Below are positions 55,638 to 64,000 of a stretch of 64,000 nt of DNA, piece after piece; positions within the stretch are counted from its first letter, which is position 1, and every line of letters begins with the position of its first letter. The DNA lies in IMG/VR virus record IMGVR_UViG_3300003323_000724, positions 39,940 to 103,939 of that record. The stretch is one strand, 5' to 3'. The DNA is from a virus. A model generated the notes under the pieces. That model made no database searches, was not told the origin of the DNA, and saw nothing but the letters and a program-made list of their open reading frames with translations. Made by a program: the position numbers and the translations under genes.

Positions 55638-56720
55638 ATGGCTGTTGGCGCATTTGCCCGAACCAGAACATCCGACCCCTTCGCAACTCCGTTTGCGTTG
55701 GGCGGTGTGGCTACTACGTACCCAATGGCCGCAACTCTTAGTATCGGGTGGTGCGCGAGATTCAAAGCAACCGAAACTACACCGATTGCAGGAATCCGAA
55801 TCAACTGGTCTGCTATCTCTGTTCCCGGGACCATCACCGCCCGAATCGAAACCACCGACACGAGTACGGGAAAGCCCACGGGAACGCTCTACGACGCCAA
55901 TGCAACTAAAACCTTCACTCCCACTGTGGGCTGGCAGCAAGTTACGTTTGACACACCCCCGACTACGAATCGAACTCAGGGAGTAGACTACTGCGTAGTT
56001 CTTCTGACCGCCGGAACCGGAACTACACAAACTCTCCGATCGAGTGTGAGCTTTAACCCGTATCCGGTTGCACTCTTTACCGCTTCTGATGGTTCCACTC
56101 GATCGAATTTTACTCTCGTTTCCGGAGCGTGCCCGATCTGCTCATTGGTGTTGACAAATGCTAGTGAAGTGACAGAGGGGATGTGTCCGTATGCGGTGGG
56201 TGGCACTACTGTTCAGATTTACGGCACCCGAGCGGCTGGTTTCAAGTTTACACTCCTGTCGGGTGCCGTCATTAGTGGCATCGATTGCCAAGCGATGACA
56301 ATTACTGGCACCCCAACAAACATCTTGGCCAAGATATTCAGCGGCTCCTCTCTCGTTAGCGGCTCGACCAGTACGAACACGTTTACCGACATGCAGGCCA
56401 CGACGGTGACCCGTGTCGGTCGGTTCTTGTTCGACACGGGTCCAGTAACCCTCGCGGCGGGCACGTACCGGGCTGTGATCCAACAAAGTGACACCACCAC
56501 GGCGAGTGGAAATCGCTACAACCTGTCTACCGGTGTGGGTGTTGTGTCTGATCTGGTCCCGACGAATGTGCAACTGACGACAACCTTGGACGTGACTGCC
56601 GGATCGATTTCGTGGACTGATACGACAACAGAAACACCGGCTGGGATGGGCTTGATAATTTCAAGCCTTCCCGCCGGTGGAGTGAGTGGGCCGACATTGC
56701 CGATCATTGTGAACATCTGA
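55638..56720 (+). CDS. Thr-rich virion protein (two jelly-roll-like halves)
   Basis: GWQQVTFDTP..., FLFDTGPVTLAAGTY. Confidence 0.55.
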   Translation: MAVGAFARTRTSDPFATPFALGGVATTYPMAATLSIGWCARFKATETTPIAGIRINWSAISVPGTITARIETTDTSTGKPTGTLYDANATKTFTPTVGWQQVTFDTPPTTNRTQGVDYCVVLLTAGTGTTQTLRSSVSFNPYPVALFTASDGSTRSNFTLVSGACPICSLVLTNASEVTEGMCPYAVGGTTVQIYGTRAAGFKFTLLSGAVISGIDCQAMTITGTPTNILAKIFSGSSLVSGSTSTNTFTDMQATTVTRVGRFLFDTGPVTLAAGTYRAVIQQSDTTTASGNRYNLSTGVGVVSDLVPTNVQLTTTLDVTAGSISWTDTTTETPAGMGLIISSLPAGGVSGPTLPIIVNI

Positions 56721-57270
56721 GGCGACGGCGAACCAGTCCGAGAATCGGCAAACCGGACAGGAGCATCACCAAACCAGCCGGAGCTGGGGCAGATTGAGGA
56801 TCGGGAGGAATCCCAATGTCTTGAAAATTGGTCGCGTAGAAGTGAACCGATGTGTTGTCTGTGGTCAAATATGGGTTTAGCTGGTCTGGGTACATTGAAA
56901 CCGCGATGTAGTAATAGTCCTTGTCAGACGCGATCGTTGGACCCGGGTCAACAGTATTTGAAACTCCCAAACCAGCCGACTTGATATACACCGGATCGGC
57001 TCCGTCCGCAACCGCATAAACGTCGAAGGTGACAATCGCCTGTGTCGGAACAACGTAATCCGAGTGGACGTGAAAAACGTCAAATACGATGGATAGGGGC
57101 TGCCAGATGCCTCCAAACGATACAGGAACGTCACCCGGAGTGTATAGGGCAGGATCAGTGGGCATGACCACCCATCCAACAGACTGGACCGGGTCTGGCG
57201 TAATCGTAAACCCCGCTCGGGACTCACTAACAGACAAAAGGACCAGAAACGCAGCGACTAGGGATCTCAC
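56704..57270 (-). CDS. secreted protein with PEP-CTERM-like sorting signal (Planctomycete variant)
   Basis: signal peptide MRSLVAAFLVLLSVSESRAG; C-term SAPAPAGLVMLLSGLPILGLVRRRLR. Confidence 0.8.
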   Translation of the reverse strand: MRSLVAAFLVLLSVSESRAGFTITPDPVQSVGWVVMPTDPALYTPGDVPVSFGGIWQPLSIVFDVFHVHSDYVVPTQAIVTFDVYAVADGADPVYIKSAGLGVSNTVDPGPTIASDKDYYYIAVSMYPDQLNPYLTTDNTSVHFYATNFQDIGIPPDPQSAPAPAGLVMLLSGLPILGLVRRRLRCSQ

Positions 57271-57480
57271 GGTTTGACTCCGGAAGGAAATTTCGAGACA
57301 CTCTATGTATGCAGTACAATTACCGTCCGGGCAAATAAAATAGGGGGATTACAATGAGTCTTCTTCTCCTCTTCAGATCCGGTAGCGGACGCCCACCAAC
57401 GGGTCGGGTGGGAATTATCCCCGTGTTCTTGTCGATTCCGACCGAAGGGTACATTAGCACGATTGCTATGGAGCCGTAAC

Positions 57481-57828
57481 ATGGCCGCTTCCCCGGTACT
57501 GACGATCGGTACGGCCTTCAAAGCGGCCGGGGACCAAAACGTCCGTATGCCCCTCGATCTAGGGGACGAGCCGTTAGTGATCGAACTGCTGACCGATCCC
57601 ACAACCGGGGAGTACGATCCGAACGCGGCTGCGATCCAAACGGCGTCAGTTTCGGTATCTCCGTCTGGTCCGACGTTATCAAGAACTCAGTTAGATTACC
57701 CTTATCAGATTAGCTGTTTAGTATCAGGTGGAACGGCCGGGACTGCTTACAATCTGACGTATTCGATCACCCTGATGGACGCGGACGCTACGATCCTGAC
57801 CCGTGTGGGCGCCCTTGTGGTTAAGTAG
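57481..57828 (+). CDS. small virion protein (Ig-like)
   Basis: VSGGTAGTAYNLT..IT motif; GGAG RBS. Confidence 0.55.
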   Translation: MAASPVLTIGTAFKAAGDQNVRMPLDLGDEPLVIELLTDPTTGEYDPNAAAIQTASVSVSPSGPTLSRTQLDYPYQISCLVSGGTAGTAYNLTYSITLMDADATILTRVGALVVK

Positions 57829-57841
57829 GAGATTCTAACAA

Positions 57842-58402
57842 GTGTTTGTGGATTTTGGAACTCAGACAATCGATACCGGAGAGCTTCTCCGACTCGTTGT
57901 TGATCGAGTACAAAAGGTGACTGGTCTAGGGGACCGAGTGTTCCTCTCCGTTTGGCCCGATGATTGGCACTTATCGGAAAGCCCGCGAGCAATACAGTTC
58001 GTCGCGATCCGACCGAACAACTTTCCCGTGTGGCAATCTGTAGTTAGTGGTGGAGGGTTCGATTACACAGGGTTCAACAGTGGTTTGACTATCACATCAT
58101 TCGTCCAAAACAGTTCCGATCCCGAATCGTGGTCCGGGAACGCACTGACCGAAGAAGCGATTGGTATAACTCAACTCGTCATGAAGGTTGCCGGAGCAGT
58201 CCAAGGCTGGTTTCCGATTGTGGGGACGAACGCCGATGCGGATCAAAGAACTGCTACTCCCCTTCGAGAGTACATGCGGATTGCCGACTCGGGATTCCGG
58301 TACAACACCGTCAAGAAAGGTACTAATTGGTGGTCTAAGGTTAGTATGGATGTGGAAATGAAATACTCGGCTAAGTTAACCACCCCACTGGACATTAGCT
58401 AA
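57842..58402 (+). CDS. putative tail completion/terminator-like protein
   Basis: VTGLGDRVF, alpha/beta pattern; displaced from the usual neck position. Confidence 0.4.
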   Translation: MFVDFGTQTIDTGELLRLVVDRVQKVTGLGDRVFLSVWPDDWHLSESPRAIQFVAIRPNNFPVWQSVVSGGGFDYTGFNSGLTITSFVQNSSDPESWSGNALTEEAIGITQLVMKVAGAVQGWFPIVGTNADADQRTATPLREYMRIADSGFRYNTVKKGTNWWSKVSMDVEMKYSAKLTTPLDIS

Positions 58403-60024
58403 TGAGCATCCAGTTTGCCGGTGTTCCCTTATCGCCGTTACATAACAATCAAACAGAAGCTAGTCAATACTGGCACGGTCACAGGATTGATGAGTACGAA
58501 TACCAGTCTTATTTTCAGCAATCCATTCAACACCTTCCTACCCCATACATTCCCAAGCGGGACGCCCCCCGTCTCGGGGTTCTAAGCATTCCCACGGGGG
58601 CCAGCCGCTTTACCACTTGCCACTTGCTTGCTACTGGTGAGCAACTTGCGGCCATTCGCCAACAGATCGGCACCGTTCCCGTTCCCAGAACACTTCTCAT
58701 CACGGACGGCACTACCTCGATCCAAACCCAACTCTTCCTCATTGCTGCTCGGCCGATTCACCAACGGGGATCGAACGAATGGTACATGCTCACCTTGGCA
58801 GACGAGAGATTTTATTGGATGACTTCAGGGGACGCAGCAGCTCCTACGGCTCCCGTCTCTTGGAGCAGCATGCTCACATCACTCTTCGGCGCAATCGGCG
58901 CCGCCCCAAGTATCGATTCTATCGCTTCCGCGTACCTTACCCCGAACACGGATAGGTGGGACGTTGGGGTCCAACCGATCCCGCTTCTGATCGACGCCGT
59001 TTGTCGTCAGATTGGAATGCAGGTCGTTCGGCTCCTAGATGGGACGGTTCAGGTCGTTAACTACAACACAGCACAAGTGGCGGACACATCGCGGTGGGAG
59101 AGTATTCGCAATCTGGTCCTGGCCGGCGGGCGGTTGGCAGCGACCGATCTAGCGCGCATGGTCCCCGCTTCCGTCGACGTGATGTTCTTCGACGGGACCA
59201 CAACCAACAAGACGCTTTCTTCTCTTGCTTTATCCGCTTTCGGAGGCATCAATGGCGTTACCTACGGGACGGCTCGGTACACGGCCGATCCCGCTGCTGG
59301 GGCTGCTAATCCTACGCAGAAGGCTAACCTCGCAACTCAGGCGGCGACCGACTACTACAATTGGGTTCTCTCACTGACCGATTGTACCCTCCGGGGCGTT
59401 CAAAATATTCAACCAACCGGTCTCGATGACGTGGTGGAATGGGTTCACCACCCAGACCAGATCGTCACACGGATCATTCGTCCGCAGTACAGCGACAGGA
59501 ACGTTTACGGGGAGGAATTCTCATCACAGAGTACGGGAACTGGTACTGGCACGGGGACAGGAACGGGAACCGGCACGGGGGACTGCATCAGTTACAAGGT
59601 TCAGTGCGAAAACGGATTCCTTGTGCAATACAGATGCGAATCTGATGACAATTGGGTTTACGATTCATCGCTGGGCTTACCTTGTTCGTCCGATACCGAA
59701 ATCACCACTGGAAACTACCCATTCATCTTTCGCTACGTCTCGGACGTGTGTCCCATCTTTGGGCATCTTCGAGAGGTTAACACTAACGATACGGCTACTC
59801 TCGAAGATGATGTTTTGGTGGCGAAAACGGCTGGTATTACAATTACTCTTCCCAGTCCCGCAACCAACCCCGGGGGCCAAGACTGGCTGTGGATCAAGAA
59901 CCAAGCCGGCGGTAACATAGACCTGTCCGGAACCGTTGATGGGACCGCTGGAACGACCACGCTGGCAGACGGTGAGTCGGTGATTCTCGTCAACGACGGT
60001 TTGGCCACTTGGCTTGTCTTCTAA
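58402..60024 (+). CDS. tail tip/baseplate-hub-like protein with (TG)7 linker
   Basis: LTLADERFYW, RLLDGTV; C-term TITLP.PA...KN fibre motif. Confidence 0.5.
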   Translation: MSIQFAGVPLSPLHNNQTEASQYWHGHRIDEYEYQSYFQQSIQHLPTPYIPKRDAPRLGVLSIPTGASRFTTCHLLATGEQLAAIRQQIGTVPVPRTLLITDGTTSIQTQLFLIAARPIHQRGSNEWYMLTLADERFYWMTSGDAAAPTAPVSWSSMLTSLFGAIGAAPSIDSIASAYLTPNTDRWDVGVQPIPLLIDAVCRQIGMQVVRLLDGTVQVVNYNTAQVADTSRWESIRNLVLAGGRLAATDLARMVPASVDVMFFDGTTTNKTLSSLALSAFGGINGVTYGTARYTADPAAGAANPTQKANLATQAATDYYNWVLSLTDCTLRGVQNIQPTGLDDVVEWVHHPDQIVTRIIRPQYSDRNVYGEEFSSQSTGTGTGTGTGTGTGTGDCISYKVQCENGFLVQYRCESDDNWVYDSSLGLPCSSDTEITTGNYPFIFRYVSDVCPIFGHLREVNTNDTATLEDDVLVAKTAGITITLPSPATNPGGQDWLWIKNQAGGNIDLSGTVDGTAGTTTLADGESVILVNDGLATWLVF

Positions 60025-61063
60025 CGGGAGTTCCAACGTGGCCCTTTTGCACAATCAAACGATTATCGGTGCTGAATCAATGGTGTCGGTATCTAACAGT
60101 ACCGATACCCCTCTTGCGGCCGGTGCGACATGGACCGGATTGGGAGAGTCAATTAGTGGCTACATCTCGGTAGCAGTTTCGATTACAACAGACCAGCCGG
60201 GAACCTGTCACCTTTTATATTCTCCTAACGGCGAACATTGGGACTTTGATATTGTTGCCAATGTGGTTCTCGGACAGCCGATGCCCCGAATCGTTACTAG
60301 TGGCATCCGCGCCCCGTGGGTAAAGGTTACGTTCACCAATACGTCTGGATCGCCTCAAACGTACTTGCGACTTCAGACGATGTACAATCCGTCTGCTGTA
60401 GACACTGGATCGTCTCGGGTCTCTGACGGGTTTTCTAATGCGGCTCTTGCGGAGACTGTAAAATCGGCCGTCTTCGGAACTAGGGATGACGGGGCGACGA
60501 CGGGGATCAAATTCGACAACTTCAACCAACTGAAAACTACGGCCAATGTTGCTAACTTCCCGAATCCGCAACCAGTAAGCGGGACTATTTCCGTTTCAAA
60601 TTTTCCGGCTACGTATTCCGTAACGGGAGCCTTTTGGCAGGCCACACAACCGATTTCCGGAACCATTACTGCTCTACCAAGTACAACAGCTACTAACGGG
60701 TGGAGCACCGGAACTTTATCTACATCAACAACCACTGCCGATCAAACAATTGTCTCATACACTGTTCCTAATGGTAAAACATTACTGCTTAACGGCGCAG
60801 ATGTGTCTTGTATTGCAACTGGAATACTGGGCAATATTCTTGCCCTTGTTACGGTACAAAACTTGGGACTCACGTCTCTTGTGATCGACGGAACGAAAAT
60901 TTGGACAGGACAACTTGCGGGACTAACACAAGATCGGGATCGGACCCAATCCGTTGCGAATCCTATTCCAGTTCCAGCCGGGTTGATTGTTAAAATAGTT
61001 TGCACCCCGGGAATAACCACTCTTCTTCGTTGGATTGGAAATATCGAAGGTGTCTTAGTGTGA
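60014..61063 (+). CDS. virion fibre-like protein
   Basis: NST.TPLAAGATWTG, NFP..QPVSGT repeats, YTVPNGKTL. Confidence 0.55.
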   Translation: MSSNGSSNVALLHNQTIIGAESMVSVSNSTDTPLAAGATWTGLGESISGYISVAVSITTDQPGTCHLLYSPNGEHWDFDIVANVVLGQPMPRIVTSGIRAPWVKVTFTNTSGSPQTYLRLQTMYNPSAVDTGSSRVSDGFSNAALAETVKSAVFGTRDDGATTGIKFDNFNQLKTTANVANFPNPQPVSGTISVSNFPATYSVTGAFWQATQPISGTITALPSTTATNGWSTGTLSTSTTTADQTIVSYTVPNGKTLLLNGADVSCIATGILGNILALVTVQNLGLTSLVIDGTKIWTGQLAGLTQDRDRTQSVANPIPVPAGLIVKIVCTPGITTLLRWIGNIEGVLV

Positions 61064-62016
61064 GCAAGAGAATAGTAGGACTGACTGTTGAATATTCCCT
61101 CGGGGTCGTCAAGGCCGTGGGGTCTTCGACCGTATTTGAGTGCGTGGAAAATCCAGAAGCGTGTTGCGACGGAACCGGCACGGGGGAGCTTTCGACCGGG
61201 TGCTGTTACCTATCTCAGCCAAACGACACGGTTCAGTTCTTGGTAAACGGTCCCTTTGGGTTCGCTTGTACCGAGTGTGAATTCGGCGGTGATTTGACCT
61301 ACGACGACAACTTGGTCTGGACCTTTCCCATTACCGAAAACGAGTGCAATGTTGATCTGGAAATGAAGTTGTACTGTGACGCGGGTCATTGGAAAGTGTC
61401 TGGAAAGTTCATCCTACCCGATGGAACCGAAGTGCCTTTTGACGTTCCCGCGATAATCAGCCCAACGACCGGAGCACTTATTGGTGTTGTGGCGATTCCC
61501 GGATGTCCCACTCCGGCCATGATCGGAATCGATTCTCCGTGCGAAGGGGCAGTCAGTTGGATCTGCTTGGACAACGAGACTTGCACAGCCATTTCCGGAC
61601 CGGATGGGGAATTTACATCAAAGTCTGAGTGTGAATCCAACTGCCCAGCGGCTCCGGTTAACTGCTGCCCGGACACGAGTAAGTCACTGTACTTCGAGGT
61701 GGTTTCTACAACTGGAACGTGTGGGTGCTTCGCGGGCACTTCTACCGTTGTTCCCTACATTGGAGGCGGCGGGGCTGGTCCGACTTGGAACAATACCGGC
61801 GGTCTGGGGTATCAACCGTGCTCCTACCCGTGTTCGATTAGCTTGACCTGTAACGGATCGGGGGAGTACACGAACCTGAACTTTACGGGCACAAACAGTT
61901 CGATCAACGTAGTATCCTGCTCTCCGTATGAAGCCTACGGGTACACTGAGATGAGTACCGTTCCGCCCGGATTGAATTGCACCGGAACTGTGATTTGGCG
62001 AATCACCGAATACTAG
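61060..62016 (+). CDS. Cys-rich virion-associated protein
   Basis: many CC/C motifs, GTGA overlap. Confidence 0.55.
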   Translation: MSKRIVGLTVEYSLGVVKAVGSSTVFECVENPEACCDGTGTGELSTGCCYLSQPNDTVQFLVNGPFGFACTECEFGGDLTYDDNLVWTFPITENECNVDLEMKLYCDAGHWKVSGKFILPDGTEVPFDVPAIISPTTGALIGVVAIPGCPTPAMIGIDSPCEGAVSWICLDNETCTAISGPDGEFTSKSECESNCPAAPVNCCPDTSKSLYFEVVSTTGTCGCFAGTSTVVPYIGGGGAGPTWNNTGGLGYQPCSYPCSISLTCNGSGEYTNLNFTGTNSSINVVSCSPYEAYGYTEMSTVPPGLNCTGTVIWRITEY

Positions 62017-62360
62017 TCCGGTTTCGTCGCAACAAAGTGGCTGCCGTTAACATCGATGATCCACACGTCATTGTTCAGCTCCGGACCACCCAGCGGGTGC
62101 TGTGCAACGGGTCGATGTGCAATAAACTCACCGGTGGGCTTGAATGATTCCCGAATCTCTAGTGGGGTCACAGTTCGTCCGGACGGGGATAATGGATCAG
62201 GTCTGTTGACAAGGATTCGAGGTGTGTTGACTTCTATGGGCATTACCGCTCGCGGTTCTCGTTTTCCGATGTGCTGTCCGAACAGAAAACCGGACGAGCC
62301 GGTAATCACTGCGACGATAATAACCCACTTGCTGTTCACGTTTTGCTCCAAAAGGACGTT

Positions 62361-63476
62361 ATGGGAATCGACAAATTGAATCTGCTGCAAAAAGCCATCC
62401 AAGCCCACCGACTGAACCCGAATCCGCCCCCGGCTCCCGAAAAGATTCTCCGGTCCGGGGCCAAAGTTGCCCCTCTCGGGGGCTTTCAGGGAACCAACAC
62501 AGTCCGTCCCGGTCAATTTGCAGTGACTGTTGTTCTCCCTCACCTAAACACGGTCGAACAACTCAAGTTAGCCGTTGGTTTGTGGCGGTGTCAAACCGTC
62601 CGTCCGTTCATCTGCGTCATCGATACCGGTTCCCCGTGGGAAGTTGTCGAAGACTTGGAACACAACCTCCGCGCGACGGACTGTGAAATTCACTACATTC
62701 GCGGCCACGGATACAAGCACAGTTCCGAGCCGGTCACGGCCGCTCTCGACCTGTCACACACTCGGTGCCAGACAGAATATCTGTTCCACACCCACACCGA
62801 CGTGTTTCCCAAGCGTAAGGACTTCCTACAGTTCATGATCGGGAAATGCAGCCACAAGAACCCGGTTGTGGGCTGGCAAATGTCCCCCCGGAACAATTCC
62901 ACGTTGCCCACAAAAGACGAGTGGAAGGAATGTGTGTCCCACACCGCAACCATGCTTCACATGCCCACGATCCATCGGGGACACTGTACTTGGGCAATGG
63001 AGATGTACTACGCTCACCGGCCAGAAGATCGCAAAGCATCTGTGGGCTGGCCGGATACCGAATCTCCGTTCTTGCTCTCGATGCGGAAAGCGGGAATTAC
63101 CCCTGAACTTCTCGGACCGGAGCCAAATTTCCAGTTCCATCGGCTGACGACTGACGACGGGCGAGAGTGGGCCGATCACGCTCGAAGTTACACTGGGTTA
63201 GTTGCCCATAGTCCCGCTACCGAAAAGCTCCGGATCAAGGCCGAATCGTACATGCAACAGGCTATGGCCGATGCCCGCAAGCGGCTCCGGGACTGGACCG
63301 ATCCGACCGGGTGTGAGTTTCGATCGGCGGAATCCACGGGAACCGTCAAATGCCCCTCCTGTCGGGGCACAGTCGAACTGAAGGTGTTTGACTGCTCGAA
63401 ACACAAATCTTGTGTTTTGGGCAAAGAGGGGGCTGGTCACAAAAACTGTACTACCTGCCCCGATCGGAAGAACTAA
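62361..63476 (+). CDS. GT2/GT-A family glycosyltransferase with C-terminal Cys-rich module
   Basis: VTVVLPHLN, VIDTGS, TEYLFHTHTDVF; C-term CEFR...CPSC...FDCSKH..C...CTTC. Confidence 0.75.
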   Translation: MGIDKLNLLQKAIQAHRLNPNPPPAPEKILRSGAKVAPLGGFQGTNTVRPGQFAVTVVLPHLNTVEQLKLAVGLWRCQTVRPFICVIDTGSPWEVVEDLEHNLRATDCEIHYIRGHGYKHSSEPVTAALDLSHTRCQTEYLFHTHTDVFPKRKDFLQFMIGKCSHKNPVVGWQMSPRNNSTLPTKDEWKECVSHTATMLHMPTIHRGHCTWAMEMYYAHRPEDRKASVGWPDTESPFLLSMRKAGITPELLGPEPNFQFHRLTTDDGREWADHARSYTGLVAHSPATEKLRIKAESYMQQAMADARKRLRDWTDPTGCEFRSAESTGTVKCPSCRGTVELKVFDCSKHKSCVLGKEGAGHKNCTTCPDRKN

Positions 63477-63520
63477 GCCTTCAACTTGTCGATCAGCTTG
63501 CTGATTTCGGCTCGATTCAT
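63473..63520 (-). CDS. 15-aa micropeptide MNRAEISKLIDKLKA
   Basis: GGAG RBS and dedicated promoter copy 8 upstream. Confidence 0.4.
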   Translation of the reverse strand: MNRAEISKLIDKLKA

Positions 63521-63552
63521 TTTCTTTCTCCGTTTGGGTTTCCGTTACGTCT

Positions 63553-63582
63553 CAAATATGCCTCATGGAATTTCAGAGTCAA
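63553..63582 (-). promoter_or_regulatory. phage repeated promoter, copy 8
   Basis: TTGACT-16 nt(...ccatgagg)-CATATT-tg. Confidence 0.65.
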
Positions 63583-63597
63583 ACAAAGTGGGAGGAA

Positions 63598-64000
63598 TTA
63601 TTTGTCCTCCCAGATCCCGAGAAGGTTTGTGATCACCCAATCACTGTTCCCGAACTCCTCGAAATCGTTCTGTAGGTGTTCGATCGTTTCCAAGTGATCA
63701 AACCCCGCGTCCTGTAACGCATCTGCCAAGATCGGCATCCGGTCGAACGCTCGTTCTGCGTGAATCCCACGAGCAATCTCAACAGCCGTGCTGGTTTTCC
63801 ACTCTGCTCGGAAATTCAATTCTGGGCCGCGACAGTACTTGAACTTTTTGTAACACCACTTCCATTTTTCCTGTCGGTTAGCAGCGTCAGCAGCGTAAGC
63901 AGCAGCGTTAGCAGCAGCGTTAGCAGCAGCGTAAGCAGCAGCGTTAGCAGCGTTAGCAGCAGCGTAAGCAGCGTAAGCAGCAGCGTTAGCAGCAGCGTTA
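63598..64000 (-). CDS. Gemmata-type 'WKTSTAV...AFDRMPILADALQDAG' protein with Ala-rich repeats (5' end outside window)
   Basis: frame open to the window edge: (A[YND]AA)n-RQEKWKW...WKTSTAVEIARGIHAERAFDRMPILADALQDAG. Confidence 0.8.
   Translation of the reverse strand, partial: NAAANAAAYAAYAAANAANAAAYAAANAAANAAAYAADAANRQEKWKWCYKKFKYCRGPELNFRAEWKTSTAVEIARGIHAERAFDRMPILADALQDAGFDHLETIEHLQNDFEEFGNSDWVITNLLGIWEDK
63878..64000 (-). repeat. imperfect GCT-(T/A/G)AC-GCT tandem repeat encoding AYAA/ANAA/ADAA
   Basis: gcagcgtaa / gcagcgtta units on the + strand. Confidence 0.85.

Noticed and set aside
62014-62379. Possible TAG readthrough joining 61060..62016 to in-frame ORF 62056..62379 (recoding)
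   Set aside because: Other genes end normally at TAG and core genes are intact under code 11; coding status of 62056..62379 is itself unclear
63878-64000. AAC/TAC/GAC variation in the Ala-rich repeat resembles DGR adenine mutagenesis or a CRISPR-like array
   Set aside because: No reverse transcriptase, template repeat or spacers in the window; it is an in-frame low-complexity coding repeat of a type common in phage proteins
1-64000. Prophage boundaries, integrase, transposase, lysis cassette, introns or inteins in terL/recA
   Set aside because: None recognisable; lifestyle and genome ends cannot be determined from this window

Overview
The window is about 64 kb of a tailed dsDNA phage (Caudoviricetes) genome, with no host genes, integrase, rRNA, tRNA or CRISPR array visible. 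Several Planctomycete-type motifs suggest a Gemmataceae host (inference): TIGR02996 domains, the 'WRTxTxV...MPILADALQDAG' family, an 'APAPAGL..L.GLP.LGL.RRR' PEP-CTERM-like sorting signal, an 'FxPxLExLxDRxxP' export motif, and CsrA. Gene order is as follows. (1) Replication/recombination: gp32-like SSB, ArsR, RecA-like, CsrA, 5'-3' exonuclease, RusA. (2) TerS, a 1687-aa modular protein, then TerL. (3) About 15 kb of small accessory genes, including DUF262, a GT25-beta-propeller fusion and a methyltransferase. (4) A Mu-like head: portal with zincin and GNAT extension, gpI-like protease/scaffold, decoration protein, capsid. (5) A sheathless tail with a -1 frameshifting chaperone, a very short tape measure and an Fn3-lyase-like fibre, ending in a GT2. 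The best candidate novel system is a 'Tyr-punctuated' head-cargo system. The 1687-aa protein, portal extension, scaffold and capsid propeptide share Tyr-centred linker motifs and exact peptides, which suggests protease-processed polyproteins that deliver host-like TIGR02996 modules and enzymes. Other findings are a large phage-side expansion of TIGR02996-like helices, eight copies of a phage promoter driving interspersed accessory cassettes, unannotated micropeptides, and two switch-like RNA leaders in the head module. All family calls come from motif recognition by eye; no searches were run.
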